NCBI GenBank assembly: GCA_012295275.1
Contig: CM022665.1
Coordinates: 17,112,001-17,176,000, forward strand
DNA length: 64,000 nt
Direction: 5' to 3'
Source: Chrysomallon squamiferum
Lineage: Eukaryota; Animalia; Mollusca
How positions within the stretch are numbered: position 1 is the first letter of the stretch; each line of letters opens with the position of its first letter. The notes below the pieces were generated by a model. That model searched no databases and was not told the DNA's origin. It saw only the letters and a program-made list of their open reading frames with translations. Below are positions 43,433 to 58,292 of this stretch, piece after piece. Made by a program: the position numbers and the translations under genes.

Positions 43433-44884
43433 AACAGCACAGGAAAGCTACCGACATATCCCATGCTACTTCTATTGTGTTGACTATTTGGTACGGTAAA
43501 GACAATTAAAATAAGATAAAACACAAAATTTCAAACATGGAACTTCGACAAATTTTCACTGGACGATTTAATGTCATCAGTTTGGGTGTATGCAAACTTT
43601 GTTATCTTCAGTTTACAAGACCGGCATGTGAATTCGACAAAAAATATATCAGCATTTTCATCAAGACATTAAAATTCAGTAAGTCTGTTTTCTCGACTTT
43701 TATACATTATATTAATATTATATTTACCTTACAATTTGTGACCCGGCTGCAGTACGTCACAAATATAATGTTATTACATCGCTTGCTTACTATACACTCA
43801 ACTGTATCTAAGTCTACATTAATACGGTTAAGCATCCAACAGAAACAGACAAGTGTATTAACGCCAGGTTAAAAAATTTTTTTTTTTTTCCCGTTCTATC
43901 TCGTAATAATGATAAAACGTATTTAAAGAATTTGTCGATCACCTTGTTTAATATGAATTTTAAAATATGTTTTTCATTTACAAATACAGGTGTAGCTGTT
44001 GTTACATCTGTTTAATTTGGATTTAACTGAGGTTTTTTTTTTTTTTAATTTAATTTAGGATAGACCAGTCGAATAATAAAAATTAGATTAAACTAGCATA
44101 AACATAATCGTGTCAACGTGAAGATATATGAAACGGTAGTGAATCCAAAACACACCTTCAAAATCACAAATGGCGTCGAAAACTTGACTTATTAGTTTTA
44201 TAATATTTATTTATTTATTTATTTATAATTTTTGTTTTTGTTTATAACTAATTATTTATCAAAGACCATTTCCCGAGGCCGCCCTAACACATGGACACGC
44301 TGGGTACTTGCCCGGGGGCCCTACGAGCATAGGACCCATTACTAATCTAAATATGTTGTGATTTTCTGTCAATAAATAAAAACTATCCTATACTATACTA
44401 TACTGCACCACAAATATTTGTTACTGGAAAATACATTATGAGCATGTGTTTTATTGAAGATAAAGAAATTTTGCGAATTTCGTTTCTGTTTAACTCTTCA
44501 TTAATAATAAATAATTCACAGTAATTTTATACTGCGCCTTCTCCGTCTGTATTGTCTACCAACTGAATATCTTTTATGTATTGAAATTTTGATGTTTCTC
44601 AAGGCTCATCTTATATCGTTCAAACATTTGCTGTACAGCATGTTTTTTAATGTTTAAACACAGGTTTTGTTGGAAGCACCAATACAATAAATATATGTTT
44701 AATTTTATCGACCATTTACATTTATATTCCTATGAGTGATTGTGAAGGTAGGGGCCCCAGTGTTCTGCTTTGCCCGGGGGCCTATAATGCTGTTATCGTG
44801 GCCGTGATGCTACCTTAAGATTATTGAAACTAGTCAACACAATAGAAGTAGCATGGGATATGTCGGTAGCTTTCCTGTGCTGTG
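43433..44884. mobile_element. Non-autonomous TIR DNA element, copy 2 (full length, 1452 bp), possibly CMC/EnSpm-like
   Basis: 54-bp TIRs at 43433-43486 and 44831-44884 match at 53/54 positions (AACAGCAC.../...GTGCTGTG). TA flanks both sides (43431-43432 and 44885-44886). It contains the same nested MITE (about 44274-44806). No transposase ORF. The superfamily is inferred only from the CAC terminus plus a 2-bp TSD. Confidence 0.9.
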
Positions 44885-44920
44885 TACATACATTTAATAA
44901 TTATATGTGGTAGTCAGATA

Positions 44921-45058
<138 letters not shown>

Positions 45059-46544
45059 GGTCAGTGATTGAGAGATGGTCTGTATGTTTGTGGGTGTGTG
45101 TATACGTGTGTTTGCAGAGATGGCGAGTCCACGAGAGAGAGTGTGTTTCTGTGAGTATGTATACAGAGACAGACAGACAGACAGAATAAAAAATGTACTA
45201 AGTAAAAGGGTAAAACCTGACAAAAAACACTTGGTCAGAGTCTGTTGTAGCTGTAGTCTAATGTAGTCGTTTTTGTTTTCTTATTTCTGAGAAAACCCCT
45301 GTCAGTAATCCAACTGGGAGTGGTCAGATCCATCGCTCATAAATATTACCAGAAAACCAATGGACGTCGAAAGTAGCTGGAGTTTCTATTTTATACTCAA
45401 AGCTAGAAAGTAGAGGTCCTTTTACTGAGCCAGAGACTTAAATAAAAATAAAATAAGGAGAACGAAAAGGTAAAGAATTGAACAAAACCAGCTAATTTTA
45501 ATGGATATTGCTACATCAGGTGACGAAAGAGCTACGTGAACAATAAAGACAATAGAAAGTAATTTTCCATCAGTCTGCAGTGAAACGCTCACAGACGGAA
45601 GAGAAAAAAATGTACCCCGTGTGTATTACACACTTTGTTTAATAATTATCAGCTCAGTTTACTCACCTATTTAGTTCACATACGCGAGCTGCTGTTTGTA
45701 AATATTACGTACAGTATTTTAAATAAATGCGTCTAAGAAAAATAGGTTTTCAAAATGCCATTTGAAATGATAGCACCCTGAATTTGTCTGATCCATCATT
45801 TCCTTGACTTCACTTCGCTTTGAAGACGCGAAACATTTTTCTTTTTTTATAAAACAGTCTAAAATGGTTGCCGTGTCATTTTTCTATTTTCGACGCCTGA
45901 AATGTTCGTTTTAAAACGTATAAAAGCCACCTACTTACATTTGCGAAAGCTTTTAATTTCCGGTAAATTTTGATGGAGAATTTTATTTTGTTGTTATTAT
46001 ATCTTAATTCGGAATGCAAGTCATATTTACTGCGACAGAAAATTAAAGTAAATTACAGAAGACTGAAATTACATTTCTCGTATGTCAAATTTATTTTATT
46101 AATTTGGTACACTTTAGAACAGATAGGATTAACTCTATAAGTAGTTATTAAAAAGTAATATCAATTATTAATAAATATTTGTAATATTAAAATAGGTCTT
46201 GGTAGATCTCTTTATGTTCATCGTCGCTGTAGTCATTGTCGTTATTTATTTTATGTTTCGTAGGACCTAGTCGTCTGTTAATATGTTGACAACAGAAAAC
46301 AAATTTCTGTCATTTTCATAACTGCTATTTTCCAGCACAAACACTCACGACAAAACTGTATTTCCATATATTATAATTATTTCATCGAGCCATTACTATA
46401 TTAAATTATCAGTTGGATTTAAGCTACGTTATTCACTTTCTTTCTCTTACATAGTTAACTATGAATTAATAATCATTGTTTCTCTCATTCTCTCTATTTC
46501 TCTGTCTTTATTTCTCTCACTGTATCTTTTTTCTGTTTGTGTAT

Positions 46545-46643
<99 letters not shown>

Positions 46644-48020
46644 ATTCCGTACCTTTTTATGATGGTTCAGCCTTTCTGCTGATCGACATAATTTCATTTT
46701 ATTAAATCTTTATATATATTTATTGTCTTACAACTTGACAGGTTCATGAAGGTCGCATGGATAAGAACCAGGCGAGCAACAGCAGTGAGCAAGACAATGA
46801 ATCACATGGGCAGTGAATCAAAGTCAATATTTCAAAGTTCACTGAAATCCATTCAGTTATGTCAGCGACGTAGAGTAACCCGTGTTTGTTAACAGGCGAA
46901 TAAATCTTCACATCAACATCAAATTTTCTGGAAAACAAAATGACCCGTTTCAACTCGCTTAGACATCAAATCTTCTCTACATAAATCACACAATTATAAC
47001 TGCCCTCTGTAATTTGGTCAGTAACCCGTTGAAAATGTACGTAATAAAAAATGAACATCTATCAAACATGGAAAAGATGCAGATTATTATTAAAATAAGT
47101 TCTCAGATTTTAAACTTCTGTGAACGGAATGAAGTCTTAGTCAGAACGGGAAATTCAGATTGAAATTAGCACTTTATCTGAGAAAAAAAGTTTCTTGATA
47201 GATTACCTTCTCGTCAACAACAGCGAGAGAGAAAAGCCCGAACGACTAAAGGTCTTCATTTTGAAATCCTATAACGGTCTGGTGTGGTAAAAGCCACGAC
47301 TGTAATGAAGCCATGAGGCAGTTATTATTCTTTCGACAAGGAATGCAATCATATGATTTTTAAACTACAGCATCATCAGACAGCTTGAGGATTTCAGGGA
47401 CGAATGGTTCTGAAAATAATACCTGTGTCTTGGTTTTTCGATGGTTTTGTGAATAACTGCGTATCCGTCTCATCTCATCGTTATGCTAATAATTACGAAT
47501 GAATTATTATAAACAGTGTCATACATCTATCTCGGTGTCTTACTTTGTTTTATTAACTCATTAGTTTTTTAATGATAAAAAAAAAAAAAAAACGAAATGA
47601 TTTTCTATCCCATCTTATTGTTTACCTATGCATAAAGGGTCTTGGAGAAATTCGAAACCATTCGCTATAGCCTTTCAACGGGGTACTGACTGGATCGGAA
47701 AAATATAAAGATTAAGAGAGATCCGGGTGAAAACCAATTACCATCTTTTAATAAGATTCTGCTGTAGCAGGAATTAATTACTTTTCGTAGCGAACCTGAA
47801 TAATTATAAAATGACATATGAGTACTGTGGGTGTGTGCGTTTTCCAGTTACTTACGATTATTTTCTCAGAATTCGTCGATTTTTCCTCCAAAAAGCCGGT
47901 GTTGAGATACACTATTTTATACGAGTAATAGCGTAAATGCGGATGCCTCAAAAATAGTTAATTTTCTTTTATCTTATCATTTATAATAAATCTAAGTATA
48001 TTTCTCACACATACACACAG

Positions 48021-48074
<54 letters not shown>

Positions 48075-48970
48075 TCATTCAAGTTCATGAAAATTCGAAA
48101 AATATCGTTACAACTGCAAATGTTTTCAGCATCACAGCTGCAAAAGTGAAATCAGTTACTGTTACTAACAGTATTAGAAAACCGCGACCAGGGAACACGT
48201 TTAATAATTAATATATCAGTTTGCTACAGAATTCTAAAGCTAAGGCTGTCGAAAGGCATACATCGAGATGACGTTTGATTGACACCGGAAGTTGCCATAG
48301 CACTTTGCCATTTCGTCGCCTTTTAACTTCTCTGGGTTTAATCTTCATTTGTTGCTATTTTCTCTTCCATTTTTATATTTACTCTTCTTTCTTTACTCGA
48401 GGATGGCTTTGTATGCATGTCATAGAGCCCAGGAAGGCAGATCAACTCAAAATGAAATTAGACACGCGTAAAATAATTTCTTTAACCACGCATACTGATA
48501 ATAACATAAATAACTTCTTTAACTGAGACATGCTAGGCACCACGCATGCAGATGATAACATAAACTGTTAATAAGACTGTAGCCATTTTTTTCTGAGGCA
48601 CGCGTTTTAATCTTTTTCACTGTACTGTTATTTAGTAGCATCAGATGCACATTTTTACTTTCTTTTCTTCTGTTCCGGTATTTTCTTTCTTAACAAGTAA
48701 AATATATTTGACTAAACTTTGCTATAAGAGCCTAAACATATTTAGTCGCTATGTATACATAGCTGCCCTCTACATACACAACCGGTTTATATGTATTTAA
48801 CCTCCCTCTGTAACCACTTTGCACGTCTGCCTTCACGTATTTAACCTCGCTACTTAATCTCCCTACAGATCTCTCGCCACGTTACATAAACATAATCTCG
48901 CTCTCCATAAATAACGCCACTGTAGTTCTATAACCTCCTTACAAATGTTCCTTATACGTATTTAGTTTTC

Positions 48971-49038
<68 letters not shown>

Positions 49039-49721
49039 CGATGTATGTGTGCATGTTTGTATATATTTTGTGTATATAAACATATATAAATGGATGTATG
49101 TATGTATGTATACTTCGTTCGCATATTCAGCGTCCTTCTTGCTTCGTCATATATATGTTTAACAGCTTATACTGCCTTTGTCTGTGTACACGCCCTGCCA
49201 CAGTATTTGTCTTAGAATACTGGAAATAGCATAGATCGCGAAAGACATTCTTTCATAGTCGATATTCCACTAAACGCACTATTATCGCAAAGAAAACACC
49301 GTGGCTCTTCTCTCTTAATGAATTTACTTTTCCTTTGATGGGAAATTATTGCGGCTGGCATTTGCTAGCAGCGCAAATCTTTGTGAATCTCGTAAAATAA
49401 TACTTGGCGAGCAGTTAAGCACGACAAGGAATATTCTTTTAATACCATATCAGCTTTGCAGTCTAATACAAAGTATATTATACTAGAGAGATAAATCAAA
49501 GAAAAATTCAAATTTAATCCAATAAGACGGGCAGGTTAAAGCAATTTTTTAATTTTTTTTATTTTTTTTTGAGGTGTCACTGATTATATAGCCGAATTAT
49601 GAACAAACCATAATAAGTACGATTTTCAATCAAGATATCTCTGCGATAGGTAAACCGAAAAAAAAGAAAAAATATCTAGACTTTGCTATACTGCAAAAGT
49701 ATATACACTTTTTATTTTATT

Positions 49722-49773
<52 letters not shown>

Positions 49774-50223
49774 CACAGTTACTAATGCGTCTGAATAAAC
49801 TTGGAGGAAAATCTACATACACTCACCTAACTGTACCTATACAACAGAGAAATAAAGATAGATCTAATTAACATGTTTTCAAAAGATTCTCACTGTTAAC
49901 GTGAGAAATCGGATAGAAAACTGATGTGGAGAATTATACAGTGCTGAGATATATAATTACAAAATCAGTTACTAATTTAGTATATACAAACAATTACATA
50001 CCTTTCATAAGGACCTTTACTCAGTACTGAATAGCCAGGTGTTCTTTTGTCATGAGTATTAAAAGTGGATGGAAGTTGTTTTATGATGAGTATTAAAAGA
50101 ATGTGGATGTTATTTTTTGGTTGGTGGTATTAAAAGTCACAACAGCTTGCTCTGATTAGCAACGTTAATTCATTTTTTTCCATTTCCATTTCCATATTTT
50201 TGGTGGTATTAAAAGATACTGCT

Positions 50224-50870
50224 GTTTTGTGTTGGATGTTAAAAATAGATGGGTGTAGTTTTGTGTTGGATGTTAAAATAGATGGGTGTAGTTTTGTGTT
50301 GGATGTTAAAATAGATGGGTGTAGTTTTGTGTTGGATGTTAAAAGTAGATGGGTGTAGTTTTGTGTTGGATGTTAAAAAATAGTTTTGTGTTGGATGATG
50401 TTTTGTGTTGGATGTTAAAAATAGTAGTTTTGTGTTGGATGTTAAAATAGATGGGTGTAGTTTTGTGTTGGATGTTAAAAATAGATGGGTGTAGTTTTGT
50501 GTTGGATGTTAAAATAGATGGGTGTAGTTTTGTGTTGGATGTTAAAATAGATGGGTGTAGTTTTGTGTTGGATGTTAAAAATAGATGGGTGTAGTTTTGT
50601 GTTGGGATGTTTTGTGTTGGATGTTAAAATAGATGGGTGTAGTTTTTTTGGATGTTAAAAATAGATTGGATGTTAAAATAGATGGGTGTAATTTTGTGTT
50701 GGATGTTAAAAATTTGTCGTTTTGTGTTGGATGTTAAAAATAGATGGGTGTAGTTTTGTATTTGGATTTGATGTTAAAAATAGATGGGTTGGATGTTAAA
50801 ATAGATGGGTGTAGTTTTGTTGTTTTGTGTTTTGTGTTGAATATTAAAAAAGATGGGTGTGTTTTCTGGT
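50224..50870. repeat. 33-34 bp minisatellite with degenerate edges
   Basis: Unit GTTTTGTGTTGGATGTTAAAA(A)TAGATGGGTGTA at 50224, 50258, 50291 and onward, with partial units. Diverged copies extend to about 50050 and 50920. Confidence 0.95.
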
Positions 50871-51300
50871 GGATATGAATATTAAAAATGTTTTCTGGTG
50901 GATATTAAAAATGCAGAGTTGTTGTTTTGCGTCTATATATGCCTGTACATTATTAATTATTGTTAAAATAAAATTTTAAAAATATTAATTATTAAGATGA
51001 AGGCATATATGTTTGTACGTATGTACACGTGTGTGTGTGTGTGTTATATTAGTACATTTGAAACGATCGATCTAACCTCGTACTAATCTAGATTATTCTG
51101 CAGATTAAGTCGCTATCTGGGTAAAAGCTATTTTAATAAGGGAAACAAAAACTAAATGAATGAATTAAACAATAATAATAATAACAGTTTCGATATTTTC
51201 TCTTTAAAATATTTTTTTCATGACTTAATAGAATTACGTTTAAATGAATATACAAAATTAATAAATTAACTAGACCAAAGTTATTTCGTTGTTGTCGTTG

Positions 51301-51333
<33 letters not shown>

Positions 51334-51606
51334 GGTTGTTATTATTTCTTTTTTAATGTTTTTCTGTGGAAAACATCAAATGGAAATAAAAAGTGCGTGT
51401 AAATATGTTTACGTTAGAAAAAAAAGAAGAAAGATTCAGTTTTGAAGTAGCTAACCAGAATTACGTATGTCATGCTCTTTAACCGTAGTGGAGATAACTA
51501 GGAGACACACTCTTTAGATGGAAAAGGAATTATGAACTAATCTTTTAAGGAACGGTTCATATACATTTATTGAGAGATTAATGAAAATAAGGTATTTCCA
51601 CTATTA

Positions 51607-52035
<429 letters not shown>

Positions 52036-52442
52036 GTAAATTGAAAAAAAATAAAAAATAAAGTAAAATAAAAAAATAAAAAAAATAAATGTTAAAAAAA
52101 AGAGGAAATCCCATTAGACTTGCCAGATTTGCCTGTAATGGCCGCACTCTGTGTGAAGATGTTAAACTTATTTCCCAGGCTATTTACACCGACAAAATAG
52201 TTTCCGGTGGGGAAATCAAAGTTATTTTAATAATTAATAAAAACTGATATTTTTAAACTGCAGAGATATCGCAGACAGGATGACAACAGAAGGGGACCTG
52301 ACAGTTGTAATGTGCTGTTTTATTCAAACTTGGCACTGATTTCCAATTTTCAACTGAATTAATCATCAGTAAAAAACAAAACGATTTATGTTTCATACCT
52401 CCTTAATTATTTAGAATTTCTCTATAATTATTATTGATCAAC

Positions 52443-52483
<41 letters not shown>

Positions 52484-52704
52484 AATTGTCAAAAATTATT
52501 ACATCATAATTTCTTACCTCTGTCTCAGCAATACACAATATAGTGTAAATAATTATTTGTCCATGCTGTGTTTCTGTCATGTATCTCCAGTCCTGTGTGT
52601 GTTATGGGGTACATTCGACATTTTACTAAAGCTTCTCTTAAATTAACTGTACTAAACTCTGTTACACTCTTCTTTTTTTTTTTTTTTTTTTTTTTTATTT
52701 TTTT

Positions 52705-52789
<85 letters not shown>

Positions 52790-53189
52790 TAAATAATAAT
52801 TTTTCTGTAACTTCTGATGTGTTATTGTTAAACTGTTTACTGGTTAGTAGGTTTGGTTTAGATGTTTTGTTTTCTGGGGTTTTTGTTTTTGCTTTATTTT
52901 TTATTTTATATGAAGATATCAAAATCGAAATAGAAAAAAAAAAAAAAAAAAAAAAAAATTAAGAGAAAGAATAATTAACGAAAAAAAAAAAAGCGGCCAG
53001 AAAAGGAAAATAAATTAGAATTAAAACATAATCCACGAATAGAAAATAGAAAGAAAGGAAAAAATGAAAAACAGGATGAATTAGAACGCCTCCCTCCAAC
53101 GCCCCCCACCAAAGAAAAAAATTGTTGAAATTACCTAGGTCAGTGAAAACAAAAGAAAAAGAGGAATGAAAACGAGAATAAAGGAAAGA

Positions 53190-53436
53190 AAGGAAAAAAC
53201 AACAACTAGATAATGAAAATATTAAATAAAGGAATAAAAGAAAGGAAAAAACTAGATAATGAAAATATTAAATAAATGAATAAAGGAAACAGGAAGAAAA
53301 ATAAAATAAAAATAAAATAAATCAAAGGCTTCTTTTTCTTTCTTTTTCTTAGTAAGCAAACATGATAAAAATAAAAATAAAATAAATCAAAGGCTTCTTT
53401 TTCTTTCTTTTTCTTAGTAAGCAAACATGATAAAAA
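53190..53436. repeat. Two adjacent tandem duplications (periods about 46 and 65 bp)
   Basis: CTAGATAATGAAAATATTAAATAAA occurs twice. ATCAAAGGCTTCTTTTTCTT...AGTAAGCAAACATGATAAAA occurs at 53321 and 53386. Confidence 0.9.
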
Positions 53437-54115
53437 TCTTTTTTTCTGTTCTTTTTTTTTTGTTTTTTCAATCGATAATGTGTAAATTTAAGAACTGACC
53501 CTGTCAAGTACCAAATATCAGCAATATTAAGCTTATTTCATTTATCGATATGCCAGAAACGCAGGTGGACGACCATCGAGGCAGCATATTGATCAATTTA
53601 ACAAATTGACAGACGACAGAACACGAGACTTTTCCCGCTACAACTGTTCGCGCCCGAGGACGTAGAATATTACGCTGTATTGCATAGCGTGCAAGCAAGT
53701 CGTTACCAGTGTAAATGTTGACGTCACCACTCAGACCGCTGTTTCATTAATGATTTAAGGTACGGTAATGAAAAATGTTTGGGGCAAAGGGAGAGAAAAG
53801 AAAGGCAGCGAAAAAAACAATAATACTCTCCGCGTGAATGTGTCATGAAATGACATTCTTGTTATTATTTCTGAAACGTTACAAGTTTTGGAATTTCATT
53901 AATTTTTAGTGGAGGACTCGCCTTTCTGATTATCTAGTTTATGTCTGCTACTACAGTTTTTAAGTCATTTTGTTTAAAACAAAACGGAAAGATTTTCCAA
54001 AGAAAGAAAATGAAGAAAAAGCAATACAAAAATGTAATGAAATTTTATTTAGAAATGTGAAGCAAATTAAACTGATGATTTTTAGGATTAATAAATGCAT
54101 ACGATAAACCTTTTT

Positions 54116-54188
<73 letters not shown>

Positions 54189-55181
54189 CTTTTGCTTAAA
54201 ATGAAAATACATACATACATACATACAGACACACACACACTTTCTAATAATCATATTTATGTCTCTTTATATTTCTTTCCTACCAGTTCTGCGGGCAGTA
54301 TTCTGATGAAGCGATGGCGGAAGATTTAAAATGCCACAAAGTCAATAATACTGAAAGTACAATTTAAACAGCCAAACATTTAAAGACTGAATACGCTTAT
54401 TGGTCATTCAAAACGTAAACAGGATTACAGTCACTGAGGTTTTGAAGATGTACACATTATCTTCCTGCTTCCGACTAAGCACACTTAATTTTATAATTCA
54501 AACAGTTGTTAATAATTTTTTGTAGTGCAGAAAATACCATTTAGTCTCTGAAATGTGTTTTTGATTTAACGAAATTATATTTAATGACTGTTAGATCGAA
54601 TACAAATCTATTTCATTTTTTTCTTCTTTAAAATGAAAATTATAGAACCTTTATAAAACGATTTTCTTTGCGAAAATAATCAGTAGTTATTTTTTTTTTC
54701 TTCTAATTACAGTTGTTAGGATAGGCAAGTGTTTTAGATTAAGTTGTTTTTTCAAAACATTGATTAACCACATTTATTTTACAAACAACAGATTCATTCT
54801 CAGTTTATAAAGAAAGCTGTTTAAATGTAATTGTTAAATGTTTAATTCGTTGTGAAATCTAAATCCTATTACGTATGTATGTATGTTTGAAAGAGAGACT
54901 GAGTGAGAAAGGGAAAATGAAAGAGAGAGTCAGAGAGAAAGAGACAGGAAATGAGAGCGAGAGAGAAAGAAGAAGAAATAGAGGAGAGAGAGATTATGTG
55001 GCTGAATATGCAGATGTCTGAAAATTAGTTTTTTGGGGTTAAATTGATACAAATATATCTGTATGTATGTATATGTATGTGTGTATGTGTGTATGTGTGT
55101 AGGTATGTAGGTAGGTACGTACGTACGGATTAATAAATGAATGTGCGTATGTGTATGTGTGTGTGTATGCATGTGTATAAT

Positions 55182-55227
<46 letters not shown>

Positions 55228-56324
55228 ATACATCCTTCAAAGAAACTAATAATTAAATAAGTAAAATCTACTGTGGTGTTTCAGAACATAACATTAATCA
55301 CAGAGTTGAAACTAAACACCGTATCAAGTTTCAGCCGATATTCCCAGGACTCAAGGACTGACCACAGCCTGCTGTATGGACATTAATCACCAGATGCAGT
55401 GGAAAAAAGAAAATCCGTGCAGCGTCGTTCACAACGAGGCTGGCGTGGACTCAGTTTCTTGTCCCCTGACGTGGAAGAGTTAATTAAAAATTATTCTCAT
55501 TGTAATAAGGCTTGTCGGTAAAGTTTTATTACAGCCTGAACTAAAATTAATGACAGTTTTTAGTTTTGAAAGAGACAGAGACAGACAGACAGACAGAGAG
55601 AGAGAGAGAGGGTGAGATAAAAAGAGAGACAAAAGATCAAGATGAGAGAAAAAATAAAACAGAATAGATAGAGACAGAAAGAAAGAAAGAGAAAGAGAAA
55701 GATTTTGTGGTTGAACATACACACGTGCAATAAAACTGTTTTTTTCTTAAATTAATACGATTATCCATTTCTCCATTGATAATTTACAAATATCATATTA
55801 TTCGATGTACTGATAAAGAAATCAAAATCTTCATAATATTTTATTTTTCATCTTTCGTAGAACTCATTAACTTAAAGCTCGAGGTTAATTAATAATTATT
55901 TTGCTGTATTTAATTTTGCTGTGTGCAGTACTCGCGTGACTGTACTAATGGCATTATCTATTCAACTAATATTTCACTTATACTAAAAGTGTAATCTCTT
56001 TTTCGTATTTATTTCAGATTATAATTAACTTAAGAAGTAAATAATGGCAATAAAACTAATTTCCAGCAAAAGCAAATAAGACTTTTTTTTATTGATTTCC
56101 CTACATAAAGGAATATAACTAATATAATAAAAAAAATAAGATGATGATTTTGTCTCTGATTATTTTTTATATTTAATTTTGTGTGTGATATTGTTGTTGC
56201 TGATATATGTATGTTGCGTGTATATATGTTTATGATGTTGTTTATTCGTTTACATTTTATGCTCTTATTTTTTTTCATATATATATACCTTTACTAATGT
56301 ACACATTTATAAACATACGACTAC

Positions 56325-56880
56325 CCATACACAAACACACACACACACACACACATACGCAGATGCACATACACATACACACAGATAATATTATACCTAC
56401 ATAAGAATATACCCCAAAACACAACTTTGTACACAGACACATACATATAAACACAGCAATATATAGGCAGATGCATATACACATATATACACAAATATAC
56501 ACACATGTACACATTTACACACATATATATACATGCCCACATACAAACACACACATATGCACACCCACACATACATACATATATAAATATAAACACATAC
56601 ACATATATATACACATACACACATACATATACACACACATACATATATATGTACATATACACACATATATGTACATATACGCATACACACACATCTACGC
56701 ACGTACACACATACACACATGCACACATGTACACACATGCACACACATGCACACATTATACACACATATACTTTCAGCATTAAAAATACATACACACCAA
56801 CATATATGCACACAATTACATTCACATACATACACACACAGACACACACACATACACACATATATAAACATACTCACACG
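56325..56880. repeat. Degenerate (CA/TA)n low-complexity array
   Basis: Seen directly. It explains the overlapping His/Thr/Cys/Val ORFs. Confidence 0.95.
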
Positions 56881-58184
56881 TTCATGTTATAATGAAACAC
56901 ACATAGACACATGCTATTTTTCAATTATCAACAAGTGATTTTGTTAGCTTTCTGATATGGCAGACTTTTAATAAACCAGTGGTGAGGCAATGGATGTCAG
57001 GAGAAACGGCTTTCAGAAGAATTATCCAAAATTTTAAACTTAGATTCCTTTGTAATGTAATGTCATTTAAAATGGCTAATTAACACAACGCTCTGGAACA
57101 TTAATTATTAGACGATAATTCATTACTGCATATACATACATATACGCACACACATTTAGCAAAGTATTTCGCATACGGACACTCATACTTACATTGAAAG
57201 ATACATTTACACACACACACACACGCACACACACACACACCCATACATATATACACATGAACACACATTATGAGTGTGCACGAGTATAGTTCGCATCTTA
57301 AATAATTACATATAATTTAACATAATTACATATAATGTGTATGTATATGCGTGTTTGTGTGTATATATATATATAAACACACACACACGCACAACATATA
57401 TATTTACGAGTGGGTGTAGGTGTTTGCGTGGGTGTATTTATGTTTTTCTTGAGAAAATATTCAAAATTACTGATACTAATATAAAATAATCTATATATTT
57501 ATATATAAATTGACTATAACAGGCTTAATGTGAATCAAATATTTGTAACCTTTGCATCTTACATAGCATGGTACGTTAAACTGTAAACTGAAGTCAGGTA
57601 AATATAAATATGTAATTACTGTATCCACGCCAATAGAAAACGTCCTGCTGTGACGTCAGATGAGGTTAAACTAAAGCATGACCGAACTGAACTTAATTCA
57701 CATTGTAATTCAACGTTATTTGAATACTCTATATGAATATAAATACATAATTGACAAGATGACATAGTCGTTATGGTAATGATGCACATCAGATATTTAA
57801 AGTGATAATACATGTATATTTATAGATCTGTCCTAGCAGACGAACCGAATACATGCACTTAAAAAAAAAAAAAAAAAAAAAAAAAGAAAAAAGAATAAAA
57901 ACAAAAATAAAACTCTTTTTTTTTTTTTTTTTTTTCATTCATGAATATTCATAATTTTTATTTACAGCTAAATAGCACTTTAAATTTAGAAACATGAGGT
58001 CTATTCTGGCACTACTAAATAATGAAACTCGCCACCAATTTCATTATTTCTGTATACTGTATTTGCCAAAGATTTTTGTTGCATCTGTTTTTCAGTAGAG
58101 AGTGCTTTACTGGTTATGGTTATTAAGAGAAACAATTCTTTGCCGTCAACCAAAAAAAAAAAAAAATGTTCTATCTGTCATGTC

Positions 58185-58292
58185 CGGGAAGTGGATTTCC
58201 TCTCTCGTTATCTGCATAATCCTTAATCATATGTGTGATACATACAACCAATGCTTTCAAAAGTGCTGAGTGCATAAAACTGCTTCTTCCTT
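58185..58292. mobile_element. Probable SINE 3' remnant
   Basis: GGATTTCCTCTCTCGTTATCTG...TCCTTAATCATATGT...GTGCTGAGTGC...TAAAAC resembles the 3' tail of a gastropod SINE (from memory). Confidence 0.45.

Noticed and set aside
50224-50870. CRISPR-like array
   Set aside because: The units are contiguous with no unique spacers, there are no cas genes, and the context is eukaryotic.
56275-56938. Long overlapping ORFs on both strands
   Set aside because: They are artefacts of stop-poor CA/TA repeats, like the other poly-LS, poly-ER, poly-V and poly-ILYY ORFs in the track.
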